From positions 61,188,928 to 61,247,524 of the forward strand of contig NC_057719.1 in the NCBI RefSeq assembly GCF_004010195.1: a stretch of 58,597 nucleotides of DNA, in the 5' to 3' direction. Positions 25,240 to 35,962 of the stretch are shown in pieces (position 1 is the stretch's first letter; each line of letters begins with the position of its first letter). The stretch comes from Chiloscyllium plagiosum (Eukaryota). The notes beneath the pieces are model-generated. The model was not told the origin of the DNA, made no database searches, and saw only the letters and a list, made by a program, of their open reading frames with translations. The position numbers were made by a program, and so were the translations under genes.

Positions 25240-25860
25240 TCTGTAGCCCCAGCAACATCCTGGTAAATCATTTTTGAACCCTCTCCAATTTAATAATATG
25301 TTTCCTATAGCAGGGAAACCAGAATTGTACACAGTACTTCAAAAGTGGCCTCACCTATGTCCTGTACAATTTCACATCCCAACTCCTATACTCAATGGTC
25401 TGAGCAATGTAGGCAAGCTTGCTAAACACTTTCTTCACCACTCTGTCTACCTATGATGCAGCTTTCAAAGAATTATGTACCTGAATCCCTAAATCTCTCT
25501 GTTTTACAACACTATGCAGGGCCCTTCCAATAATTGTCTAAGTCCTATCTTTGTTCACTTTACCAAAATGCAATACCTCAAATTATCCAAATTAAACTCC
25601 ATCTGCCACGCCTCAGACCATTTGGACCAATTGATCAAGATCCCTTTAACAATCTTCAATAACCTTCTTCACAGTTGACTATACAAGCAATTTTGGTATC
25701 ATCCACAAAATTACTAACCTTGCCTCCAAAATTCTCATCCAAATCATTTATATAAATGACAAACACTGGACCCAGCACTGATCCCTACTGTTCACCAATG
25801 GTCACAGGCCTGTGATCAACCCATTACTAATACCCTCTGATTCCCAGCATCAAGTCAATA
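25240..25860 (-). mobile_element. CR1 RT C-terminal fragment
   Basis: Reverse complement gives GSVLGPVFVIYINDLD..FVDDTK, WQMEFNLDN, LYRT.VRPLLKYCVQFW. Confidence 0.88.
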
Positions 25861-25869
25861 ATAGTAAAT

Positions 25870-26490
25870 ATACAGTTAAGGAGAGATTACATATCAGTAA
25901 AGATACACTCCAGTGAGAAAGAAAGAAGTTTGGGCAAGAATGTTAAGGAGAAAAGATACAAATAATATCAAGTTGAACTCAAAATATTACAATTCCATGA
26001 AGATTAGCAATAAGTCAAAAGACTGGACAGAATATTTTCAAAAGAACCACCAAAAAAAGAGGGAGAAATTACAATACTGGAGAAAACTACCTAGAAATTC
26101 AAAAACAGACAATATGAATTTCCACAGGCCTTTAAAATGTTTGTGTCTGTCCACAAGAAAGAGTCCTGAGATTTATAAATGAAATATAAGAAAATGGAAT
26201 ATATATTGAGCAGATCTTTTGCATCAGTCTGTATAGCATATTAAGAACATCTTGTGAATAATTATGAATCAAGAGGTGAAAGGGAGCGAGGAACTGAAAA
26301 TAGTTTAAAACAACAGAAAGTTATTAGAATTAACAGTTGAGAAGCCCTTAGGTTTATGCTAGTTTCTTAAAAGAAATGGCTGCTGAGATAGCCAATACAT
26401 TAGTTTCATTTTTCCAAAATTCTCAAGATTCTGCATAAATCCAAAAGCAAATTTAACATCTCCATTCAAGAAAGAAATGAGAAATAGGTA
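25870..26490 (+). mobile_element. Highly decayed CR1 ORF2 middle fragment
   Basis: FASV.., LKEMAAEIANTLVSFFQNS, PFKKEMR motifs. Confidence 0.65.
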
Positions 26491-26509
26491 GTACCTCTCA
26501 CAGGGAAAC

Positions 26510-27722
26510 TATCTTCTGAAATGGCCAGCAAGGCACACAATTGTATTGAACTGCTAAAATGTCTCAAAGAAATGAAACCAGATGGATCACCTGGCACTGA
26601 CCTAGGCACCTGGCAGCTTGTGGTAAAATTGGGAGAGTGGTGTCATAGAGTAGTCTGATGTAATCTGAACAGCCTGATGCACCCATTAACAGAATCACAC
26701 CTTATAAATAATAGGGAAGCGAGAAGAGTGGTGCTGAAAAAACACAGCAGATCAGGCAGCATCCAAGGAGCAGGACAGTCAACATTTCGGGCATAAGCCC
26801 TACATTCCTGATGAAGGGTTTATGTGCGAAACGTTGACTCTCCTGCTTCTTGGAATGCTGCCTGATCTGCTGAGCTTTTCCAGTGCCACCCTTTTCGACT
26901 CTGACTCTTCAGCATCTGCAGTCCTCACTTTCTCCTACTTATAGATAATACTCTAGACAATACTAGCATCATCCTTGGGTATGTTCTGGCCCACTGTCAG
27001 GAGAGACCCAGATGTAGGAGCAAAGTGTTGTACTGCAGGAAGGGGTTGTTCTGGGAGTTATTAACACTTAATCTGTCATTGCATCTAACATCGCATCAGG
27101 TCAAAAAAATCCTGTTGATTCCTATATACCCCAACCTCACCCCAGCCAAGCCAGAAATCAGTATTCATCTATATTGAATATCACTTGGAGGAAACACTGA
27201 GTTTGACAAGGGCTTTTTCATCAATGATCTTTCCTCAGTCAAAATGTCAGAAGTAAGGATGCTCATGAAGATTGCACAATTTTTATCAACATTCGCAATT
27301 CCTCAGATAATGAAGTAGTACATGTCCAAATGTAGCAATACCTGGTCAACATTCAAGCCCAAGCTGACAAGTAGGAAGTAAAATTCATGCCACAAAAGTG
27401 CCAAGGAATGATCATCTCCAACGAGAGACAGAGAATTCAATCATTGCCCCTTGACATTCAAAGGCATAACATATCATTGTCAACATCCTGGGGATACTAC
27501 TGACCATTAACTGAAAAAGACTAAAATCATAAATATTGTAGCTGCAAAAGTAAACCAGAAGCACATTTCCTCCTTGCCAAGATGGTTACAGTTCCAACAT
27601 TCAGAACCAAGATAAAGCAACCCACTGTTTGGCACTGCGTCCACAAACATTTACTCCTTCCACTACTGACACACACTGCCAGCGATATGTACCAACTACA
27701 AGATACACTGCAGAACTGGCCA
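26510..27722 (+). mobile_element. Divergent CR1/L2-like LINE fragment with internal deletions
   Basis: Homologous to 51040-52690; FINDLSS, KFMPQKCQGMIIS motifs. Confidence 0.75.
26714..26937. mobile_element. Palindromic hammerhead-motif Penelope-terminus insertion
   Basis: Inverted arms around CATTCCTGATGAAGGG..GAAACG; 13 bp TSD CTTATA(A/G)ATAATA at 26701-26713 and 26938-26950. Confidence 0.87.
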
Positions 27723-28500
27723 AGGAAGACCAGGACCACTCCTGTGGGGATGGGGAGGCACTGATTACCCAACAACCCAATAAGTTGCTCTGCATAAATG
27801 TTTCTCCATCTTCATCACTAAATTACTTTTCTTCTCTTATGCAGACACTAGAAGCACCCAGAGAGCATCATCCATGTTTAGGCTGTGGCCTTTCCCCTCC
27901 TTGACAGCACCAGCTCTGAAGAGGAAGAATGTGATCCCTCAGAAGATGCACCAGTAAGGCATTCACCTGTATCCTCTAACAGCATAGAATCAATCACCTC
28001 AGATACTCTGTCTAGTCTAAACTTGGTTCACAACCGAGTGAGCACATCACTGATGCATTTCCAATGGAGGAAGAACCACCTGAGGTCTCTGACACAAATG
28101 GAAATGCTGGAGACAAGGCACCTGTTCAGCTCAATGGGGTCGACGAATGACAGTCAGGCAACTTTCCAACTTCTTCTCAGGCCATTCCAGAGGTGCCTTG
28201 CCCCTCCACCTCCCACCATCTGTTATGCCAATGCCCGTAGCAGTTCAAATCCAGGAGTGAGTGTCTGTACCTGGGCAGGAGACTCCCAGCATATCTTGTG
28301 CTCAAGGCCAAAAGATGGCAGGGGCCGAATGCCCAGGTCTTCAAGTTCACCAGGGCTTAGCAGGCTTCCTCCACTCCAGCTGTGTTAGTCAGGCCTGCAC
28401 CTAAACGTAGTGGAAGGGAGAGAAAGATAAAAACATACCGAGGGAACATCGGTAGCATGGTTATTCAATTATTTTGTAAATTTTGTAAGTATATTCACAT
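27720..28500 (+). mobile_element. Probable PIF/Harbinger accessory (Myb-like ORF2) gene remnant, C-terminal part
   Basis: EDQDHSCGDGE then an intron-like stretch ending TTATGCAG and an S/E/P-rich ORF; convergent with the Harbinger transposase remnant; Myb domain itself not seen. Confidence 0.45.
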
Positions 28501-29299
28501 ACACTGTTATTACATTTGCTATAGTCCAAGTCTACTTATAGGATATCCTTAAGCTCCAAAATCTGAAATCGAGATCATAGGGATGAGTTGCATTGCAATA
28601 ACCAAATATTGGTATATTTCTCATAGCAGCAAAGTAGCTAACTGCAGATAGCCTAAATTGTCAGAAAAGCTCACACTGTAATTTTGGAATTAAGACCAAA
28701 GAGCTGCAGATGAATCTCAGAGACATTAGGCAAAAAGTATATTGGAGGACAGAAGCTAGGGCCTAAAGTTTCCATTTAAGTTCATCTTTCATATTCATCT
28801 TATGACAGAGATGTTTTCACACAAATCAAAAGGAAAGGTTTGTTCTATACTTGTCCATCTCAAAGAAACACTGTAACAATGAAATGCAATTGGCCAGCTC
28901 ATGCTCATTTTCACTCATCACACAATATGATGTGAAGAAGTTGCTCAATCATAGCCCATTGCAGTTAACTAGCAAGGGACTAGTTTCACTAACTCACTGC
29001 AATGTGAAGCATTGAAAGGGTGGTCATGGACAGTCTCACATAAGACGCATGTTTAGGATGAGTGATAAATTAATTGTCTTCATAAGGGAGTAGCCGTTAA
29101 GAAACAATATCTGACTGTTTTACTGATTAGAATAACAAATACTGCCAAATCAAATGAATTAAGGCAAAAAGCAGAGGATTGGATATGATTGCACAAATTA
29201 CGTTTTGCAGGTGGTAAGTTTTCATCAAGCTTAGCAATTCAGGAAACAGCTGGCAATTAATTTGTTTCTGGTCTCTCAAAAGTTCTAGACCATTAGTCC

Positions 29300-29625
29300 T
29301 TCTTCAATCTCCTCAGAGGATTTCTCTCTCTGCTGAAATTTCCTCATCCAACACATTCCCCCTCTGATGCACAGTGAAGGGCCCACCCAGTGCAATCAAT
29401 GACATAGGACATGCTGTCTGCCTATGCTGCATGGCTTCACCTGACATCCAGGCATTATTGCCTCACCTCCTGGAAATTTACCATTTATTTCATAACATTC
29501 CTTGTTAAAGTATGTGTTGTACAGTTGTCTGTACACATTGTCTCACCAGAACTCCAAGGATTGCTTAGTAGGGACTGGAGCCAGATTTGGAGAAAGTATC
29601 CTATGTTAACCAGTGATCATCCTTC
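29300..29625 (-). pseudogene. Harbinger (HARBI1-like) DDE transposase remnant, C-terminal part
   Basis: Minus strand EG*SLVNIGYFLQIWL..P..E..H.LTRNV..CLD aligns by eye to GWLLGDxGYPLxxWLMTP..HxxTR..RFRCLD. Confidence 0.7.
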
Positions 29626-29790
29626 TGTTATGAAAATGTGGGTGTATTGTAAAAGCTAGCAGAACTACCTGACAGCACCAAGTGTTTGGTCAGTTGGTTA
29701 CTTTTCAAAGAAGATCAACATCCACCAGAGGAAATACTCCACAATTGAAAAAGAACTACTGAGTTTGGGACTGGCCTCACAAATTTTTAA

Positions 29791-30957
29791 AAATGAGGAA
29801 AGTGTGTCCAGCAGGCTAAGATAAAAGGTAGGGAGGAGGGACTTGGGGGAGGGGCGTTGGAAATGTGATAGGTGGAAGGAGGTTAAGGTGAGGGTGATAG
29901 GCCGGAANNNNNNNNNNNNNNNNNNNNNNNNNNNNNNNNNNNNNNNNNNNNNNNNNNNNNNNNNNNNNNNNNNNNNNNNNNNNNNNNNNNNNNNNNNNNN
30001 NNNNNNNNNNNNNNNNNNNNNNNNNNNNNNNNNNNNNNNNNNNNNNNNNNNNNNNNNNNNNNNNNNNNNTTGGTTGGTCCGGGTGTCCCAGAGGTGTTCT
30101 CTGAAACGTTCCGCAAGTAGGCGGCCTGTCTCCCCAATATAGAGGAGGCCACATCGGGTGCAGCGGATGCAATAAATGATGTGTGTGGAGGTGCAGATGA
30201 ATTTGTGGTGGATATGGAAGGATCCCTTGGGGCCTTGGAGGGAAGTTAGGGGGGAGGTGTGAGCGCAAGTTTTGCATTTCTTGCAGTTGCAGGGGAAGGT
30301 GCCGGGAGTGGAGGTTGGGTTGGTGGGGGGTGTGAACCTGACGAGGGAGTCATGGAGGGAGTGGTCTTTTCGGAACGCTGATAGGGGAGGGGTGGGAAAT
30401 ATATCCTTTGTGGTGGGATCCGTTTGGAGGTTGTGGAAATGACGACAGATGATACGATGTATATGGAGGTTGGTGGGGTGGTAGGTGAGGACCAGTGGGG
30501 TTCTGTCCTGTTGGCAATTGGAGGGGGTGGGGCTCAAGGGCAGAGGAGCGGGAAGTGGAGGAGATGCGGTGTCGGGCATCGTCGATCACATCTGGGGGGA
30601 AAATTGCGGACCCCACCACCAAGGATATATTTGCCTCCCATCCCCTATCAGCATTCCGAAAAGACCACTCCCTCCGTGACTCCCTCGTCAGGTCCACACA
30701 CCCCCACCAACCCAAACTCCACTTCCGGCACCTTCCCCTTGACTTCCTTCCACCTATCGCATTTCCAACGCACCTCCCCCAAGTCCCTCCTCCGTACCTT
30801 TTATCTTAGCCTGCTGGACACACTTTCCTCATTCCTGAAGAAGGGCTCATGCCCGAAACATCGATTCTCCTGTTCCTTGGATGCTGCCTGACCTGCTGTG
30901 CTTTTCCAGCGACACATTTTCAGCTCTGATCTCCAGCATCTGCAGTCCTCACTTTCT
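29791..30957 (-). mobile_element. Penelope-like insertion with inverted 3' duplication and hammerhead-like terminus
   Basis: Minus ORF with FPCNCKKCKTC..IYCIRCTRCGLLYIGETGRLLAERFREH (GIY-YIG); plus-strand inverted copy from ~30609; 16 bp TSD CCTCACAAATT(T/A)TTAA at 29775-29790 and 30958-30973. Confidence 0.93.
29908..30069. other. Assembly gap (162 N)
   Basis: Run of n characters. Confidence 1.
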
Positions 30958-31353
30958 CCTCACAAATTATTAATGCGTATATCACGAACAATGTGTCGGA
31001 GACAGTGGAGTACATGTATCATAATCCTCTTACATTCTCAGAATGCTTTAAAGACAAGAATATGAGACTAATTCGTTAGTATCTTATGTTATAGATTTCT
31101 AATTTAAAAATTGTACATGTTGCCGGTCGTAAGAATATTATCGCAGATTTAACTGATAAAGTTTAGGTGAGATTTGTAATTATTAAATTTATATATATAT
31201 ATATCCATATATACACACAGTTATATGGAAAGAAGTTATGGTCAACTGAGATTAAAGTTATTGGTATGTTAGGGTAACATGTTTAAAAAAACAGAAAAAG
31301 AAATGAAGCCATCTTTTCATTATGATGGTTCATTTTTTTCTTAAGGGGGGAGG

Positions 31354-32073
31354 TGTTATGAAGATGTGGGTGTACTGTACGTTGAAGAAAGTTAAATGCT
31401 AGCAGAACGACCTGACAGCACCAAGTGTTCTGAACAAGATATAATGTAAACTGTTGGTCCAGCAGCTAGTGTGGCTGGTTGCCTGGAGACAAAAACAAAT
31501 TTGAATTAGCTGAAATTATACACAAAAAATGCCAAACTCCAATCAAGTTTGAATTTACTACATTGACAATGTTAAAAGCCAATGACACAATTAATACTTT
31601 GGGGAATAAGATTGGGAAAAATTGAACAGTTGGGAGAGATCTGCAAGCCACCAACACATGTAGACTGCCCGAAAAAATAGCTCTCTTAAAGGTATCTTTA
31701 TTGATCAGTTACTTGTGAAACAGACATCCCTAAGAAGAAGAAAAGAAGACAGGAGAAGATATAAAGAGAAGATTCGACAGTTGGCTAGTTTTAAAATTTG
31801 AATTTTTGGTAAATCGTAATCGGGCATTTTATCGGACTAGTATTGTAGAAAGGAAGGTAAAAGATATATTCGATAAAGGATTGTAAGTAGTTGTTAGTTA
31901 ATTATTCCCACTTATACTTTAAGAAATAAATTAGTTAATCTTTACTTCAAATAGTGACCTTTGGGATAGTTTTTGGCCTCTCAAATTTTCACTGATTACC
32001 ACACAGGGTAAAGCTTTTCTGTGATGCTGGTTTAAAGTAGCACAGCGAGGGGGGTTTACCCCATGTCGTAGCA
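31354..32073 (+). repeat. Gypsy LTR (central copy)
   Basis: TG..CA termini; PPT AAGGGGGGAGG before; degenerate tRNA-Pro PBS (TTGGGCACGTGTCGTCAGGATTTGAA) after; aligns to 38625-39344. Confidence 0.93.
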
Positions 32074-32499
32074 GTTTGGGCACGTGTCGTCAGGATTTGA
32101 AATGGTTTAGACAGATTTGGATAGATTTGGGGTACAAAAAATCCCAGAAGATTTGAACACTTGTAGGTTAGTGTCCGAGATCTTTAATTAAAATGTGGGT
32201 GAGGCAATTTGTTTACTTTCAGTGATTGTGGTTGATTAAATTAAAAGTGAGCGAAATGGCTCTTAAAATTGCTAAACAGGTGCTGGGATTTGAAGATGAT
32301 TCTCAAATTCGCCAAGAAAGTTTAGAAGGAAAGAAAAAGAATTAGCACAGAAACTTGATTTGGATTTATTCAAAGATAAGAGTAAAGCTGAAATTTTAAG
32401 GGAGTTACTTAAACACTTCAGTGTGTTAGAGAAACAAACCAGTGCAGTAGAGGTAGGAAAACCTGATTAACAATTGAGGAAAATGGAGTGAGAAGATAA

Positions 32500-32660
32500 A
32501 CAGAGAGAGAGAGGGTTTGTAGCTAAGCAAAGGCAGATTGAGGAAAGGGAGAGAGAAAGAGAGAGAGAAGAGAGAGAAAGAGAGAAGTGTGTGAGGGAGA
32601 GAAAGAAAGAGAAAGGAAAAATAGAGAGAAGGTTCTTAGTTGAGCAAAAAGAGAGAGAAT
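32500..32660 (+). repeat. (GA)n-rich tract encoding the E/R/K-rich segment of gag
   Basis: GAGAGAGAAAGAGAGAGAGAAG repeats inside the gag region. Confidence 0.75.
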
Positions 32661-33034
32661 TTGAACTTGAGAAGTTGCGACTTAATCAGCAAAGTTAACA
32701 GGATGGAGATTAAAAAAGATATATACACATTTGTCAAAAATCTGCCACATTTTAAAGAGAAAGATGTTGAAGCCTTCTTTATTTCATTTGAAAAATTAGT
32801 TCGGCAGTTGAACAGTCCGAGGATTAATGGTTAATGCTGCTTCAATTTAAACAGGTAGGCAGAGTTACTGAGGTATTTGCTGCTCTGTCAGATGAGGGGG
32901 TCAAGAGATTATGAAAAGGTTAAACAGGCTATTTTAAGTGCTTACGAATTGGTACCAAAGCATAAACACAGCAGTTCAGAAACATAAAAAAGGAACTAGG
33001 ACAGACTTATGTTGAGTTCAAAAGAATTAAACAT

Positions 33035-33343
33035 GTGCGGCACGGTGGCACAGTAGTTAGCACTGCTGCAGAGACCCGGGTTCAATTCCCATCTCAGGCA
33101 ACTGTCTGTGTGGAGTTTGCACATTCTCCCCGTGTCTGCATGGGTTTCCTCTGGGTGCTCCAATTTCCTCCCACAGTCCAAAAATGTGCAGGTTAGGTGA
33201 ATTGGCCAGGCTAAATTGCCCGTAGTGTTAGGTGAATGGGTAAATGTAGGGGAATGGGTCTGGGTGGGTTGCTCTTCGGAGGGTCTGTGTGGAGTTGTTG
33301 GGCCAAAGGGCCTGTTTCTATACTCTAGGTAATCTAATCTAAT
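33035..33343 (+). mobile_element. HE1 SINE nested in gag
   Basis: A/B boxes, V-domain, (AATCT)n tail. Confidence 0.95.
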
Positions 33344-35837
33344 CATAGTCATTTTGATAGAAGGGTGTGAGCCTTAAAGATAGATAAACCTATAAGGCTC
33401 TAAGAGAGATTATTCTGCTGGAGGAGTTTAAAAACTCACTTCCAGAGATGGTAAGAAGTTCAGGAAGTGAGAAGGACAACAGATTAGCAGATGAGTACAT
33501 GCTGGGACATAAGACAAGCTTCCAGCCAGAATTTCTACCTATGAAGGATAAAAGTTGGGAGAAGGGGAGATCCTACTCTATGAAACCAAGAACAGAGAGC
33601 ACTGATAAGAATTTACCACAGGATAAAAAAGAAGCCCAAGAGGGTGGAAAGGAGGTGAAACACCTCAGGTGTTTCCACTGTGGTAAAGTGGGACACGTAA
33701 AATCACAGCGCTTGTCGTTAAAGAAAGGCATTGTGGGAAAAGATGTGGTCAAAGAAGCTAAACCAGGGGCATTAGTGAAGGTAGTAAAGGAGACTCCAAG
33801 AAGAGCTGAGGAGCAACAGGAGAGCAACAGCCTAGGCAGGGGCTGGGTATGGACATAGTACCTGATCTCTATAAAGAATTCACCTCTGTGGGGAAAGTTT
33901 ACTCAGAAAGAACAGGGTGAGAAGGACAAGAAGTTATAATTTTGAGAGATACAGAATCTAACCAGTCGCTGATAGTAAGAGATGACTGAATATGCACTCT
34001 TTCTAATCGGTTATCCGACAGTGTGGTAATTTATGGGACAGATGGACACAAATTTAGCATTCCCCAATGGAGGTTGGAGTACCAACTCAAGACTGGGGAA
34101 GTAACAGTGGGAGTGATTGACAGAGTGTCAGTTTCAGGAATTCAGTTTGTTCTTGGGAAAGATCTGGCAGGATCCAAGGTGGGAGTGACACCCCTTGTTG
34201 TGGAGAAACCCAAGGAAGACCAAGAACCTGAGGAGTTAAAACAGAAATATCTGATATTTTCCCAGACTGTGTGGTAACCAGATTCCACTATCATTAGTCA
34301 CAGCATGAAGCGAAAAATAAAGAGAAAGGTGATGGAGTTGGGGTTCAAATAGCTTGACGTCAAGATATTGGGTGTGTCATGTGAACATGTTGAAACCATA
34401 TTAAACTAGAGAGAAAGATCTGGAGAAACAGGTGTTAGTTACTGTCCCATAGAGTGAGGAATCATATCCAGATCATGTGATCTTTGATGTGTCTCAAAAT
34501 AGATTAAAAAATGAAGAAGACCTTGTGGAGTCGGATAGGTGAGTGAGCTATCTGTCTCATGAGCATACAATCAATTGAAATATTTGTTAATGCAGTGTAA
34601 GGACATATGTAAGATGGGGAGGACTAATGTTATTGCACACAAAGTAGACGTAAGGAACACTGCTCCGATAAAACAACACCCCTATCAGCTTAAGCCTTCC
34701 AAAGCCAGCCAGATCCTGATGGAGATGGAGGCCATGCTTGACAAGGACATCATCGAACCGAGCCAGAGCATGTGGAATTTGCCAAACACCTTAGTTCACA
34801 AAACAGATTCTGTGTGGATTATCGGAAAGTCAATGCTTTTATAGAATTGGACTCATATCCAATTCCGAGATTGGAGGACTGTATTGAGAAAAACGGATAA
34901 GCTGGTGAAATCACCAAGGTGGACTAAATGTGTGGTTACTGGCAGGTACCTTTATCAGAGTTGGCGAAAGAAATTTCTGTGTTTGTAATATCAAATGGGC
35001 TTTATCAGTTTAAAATGATGCTCTTTGGAATGAAGAACACACCTGCCACATTCCAAAGACTCATGAACAAACTTATGGCTGGGTTAACAAACTGTGCAGT
35101 CTATTTGGATGATGTAGTCATCTTTAGGGTGGTTATGGTAGGGGACTTTAACTTTCCAAACATAGACTGTGACTGCCAGAATGTCAAGGGTTGAGATGGA
35201 GAGGAATTTCTTAAGTGTGTACAAGAAAATTTTCTGATTCAGTATGTGGATGTACCTACTAGAGAAGGTGCAAAACTTGACTGACTCTTGGGAAATAAAG
35301 CAGGGCAGGTGACTGAGGTGCCAGTGGGAGAGCACTTTGGGGCTAGCTACCATAATTCTATTAGTTTTAAAATAGTGATGGAAAAGGATAGACCAGATCT
35401 AAAAGTTGCAGTTCTAAGTTGGAGAAAGGCCAATTTTGATTGTATTAGGCAAGAACTTTCAAAAGTTGATTGGGGTAGATGTTTGCAGGTAAAGGGACTG
35501 CTGGAAAATGGGAAGCCTTCAGAAATGAGATATCAAAAGTTCAGAGACAGTATATTTCTGTTATGGTGAAAGGAAAGGCTGGTAGGTGTAGGGAATGCTG
35601 GAAGACTGAAGAAATTGAGGGTTTAGTTAAGAAAAAGGAAGCATATGTCAGAATAGATGGATTGAATCCTAAGAAGAGTATAAATGCAGTAGGTGTAAAC
35701 TTAAGAGAGAAATCAGGAGGGCAAAAAGGGGACATGAGATAGCTTTAGCAAATACAATTAAGGAGAATCCAAAGAGATTTTACAAATACATTAAGGACAA
35801 AAGGGTAGCTAGGGAGAAAATAGGGCCCCTCAAAGAT

Positions 35838-35962
35838 TCCTGAAGAAGGGCTTATGCCCGAAACGTCGATTCTCCAGTTCCCTGGATGCTGCCTGACCTG
35901 CTGCGCTGTTCCAGCAACACATTTTCAGCTCTGATCTCCAGCATCTGCAGACCTCACTTTCT
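35838..35962 (+). mobile_element. Hammerhead-motif Penelope-terminus insertion nested in CR1
   Basis: CTGAAGA-AGGGC-TTAT-GCCC-GAAA-CGTC core; 12 bp TSD CCCCTCAAAGAT at 35826-35837 and 35963-35974. Confidence 0.9.
35839..35870 (+). ncRNA. Minimal hammerhead-ribozyme-like motif
   Basis: CUGANGA and GAAA core, 4 bp helix II, palindromic ACGU in place of helix III, GUC triplet; helix I is weak so activity is unproven. Confidence 0.55.

Noticed and set aside
29698..30579. Longest ORF (293 aa) as a functional gene
   Set aside because: Its length is inflated by the N gap; it is the truncated GIY-YIG end of a Penelope element.
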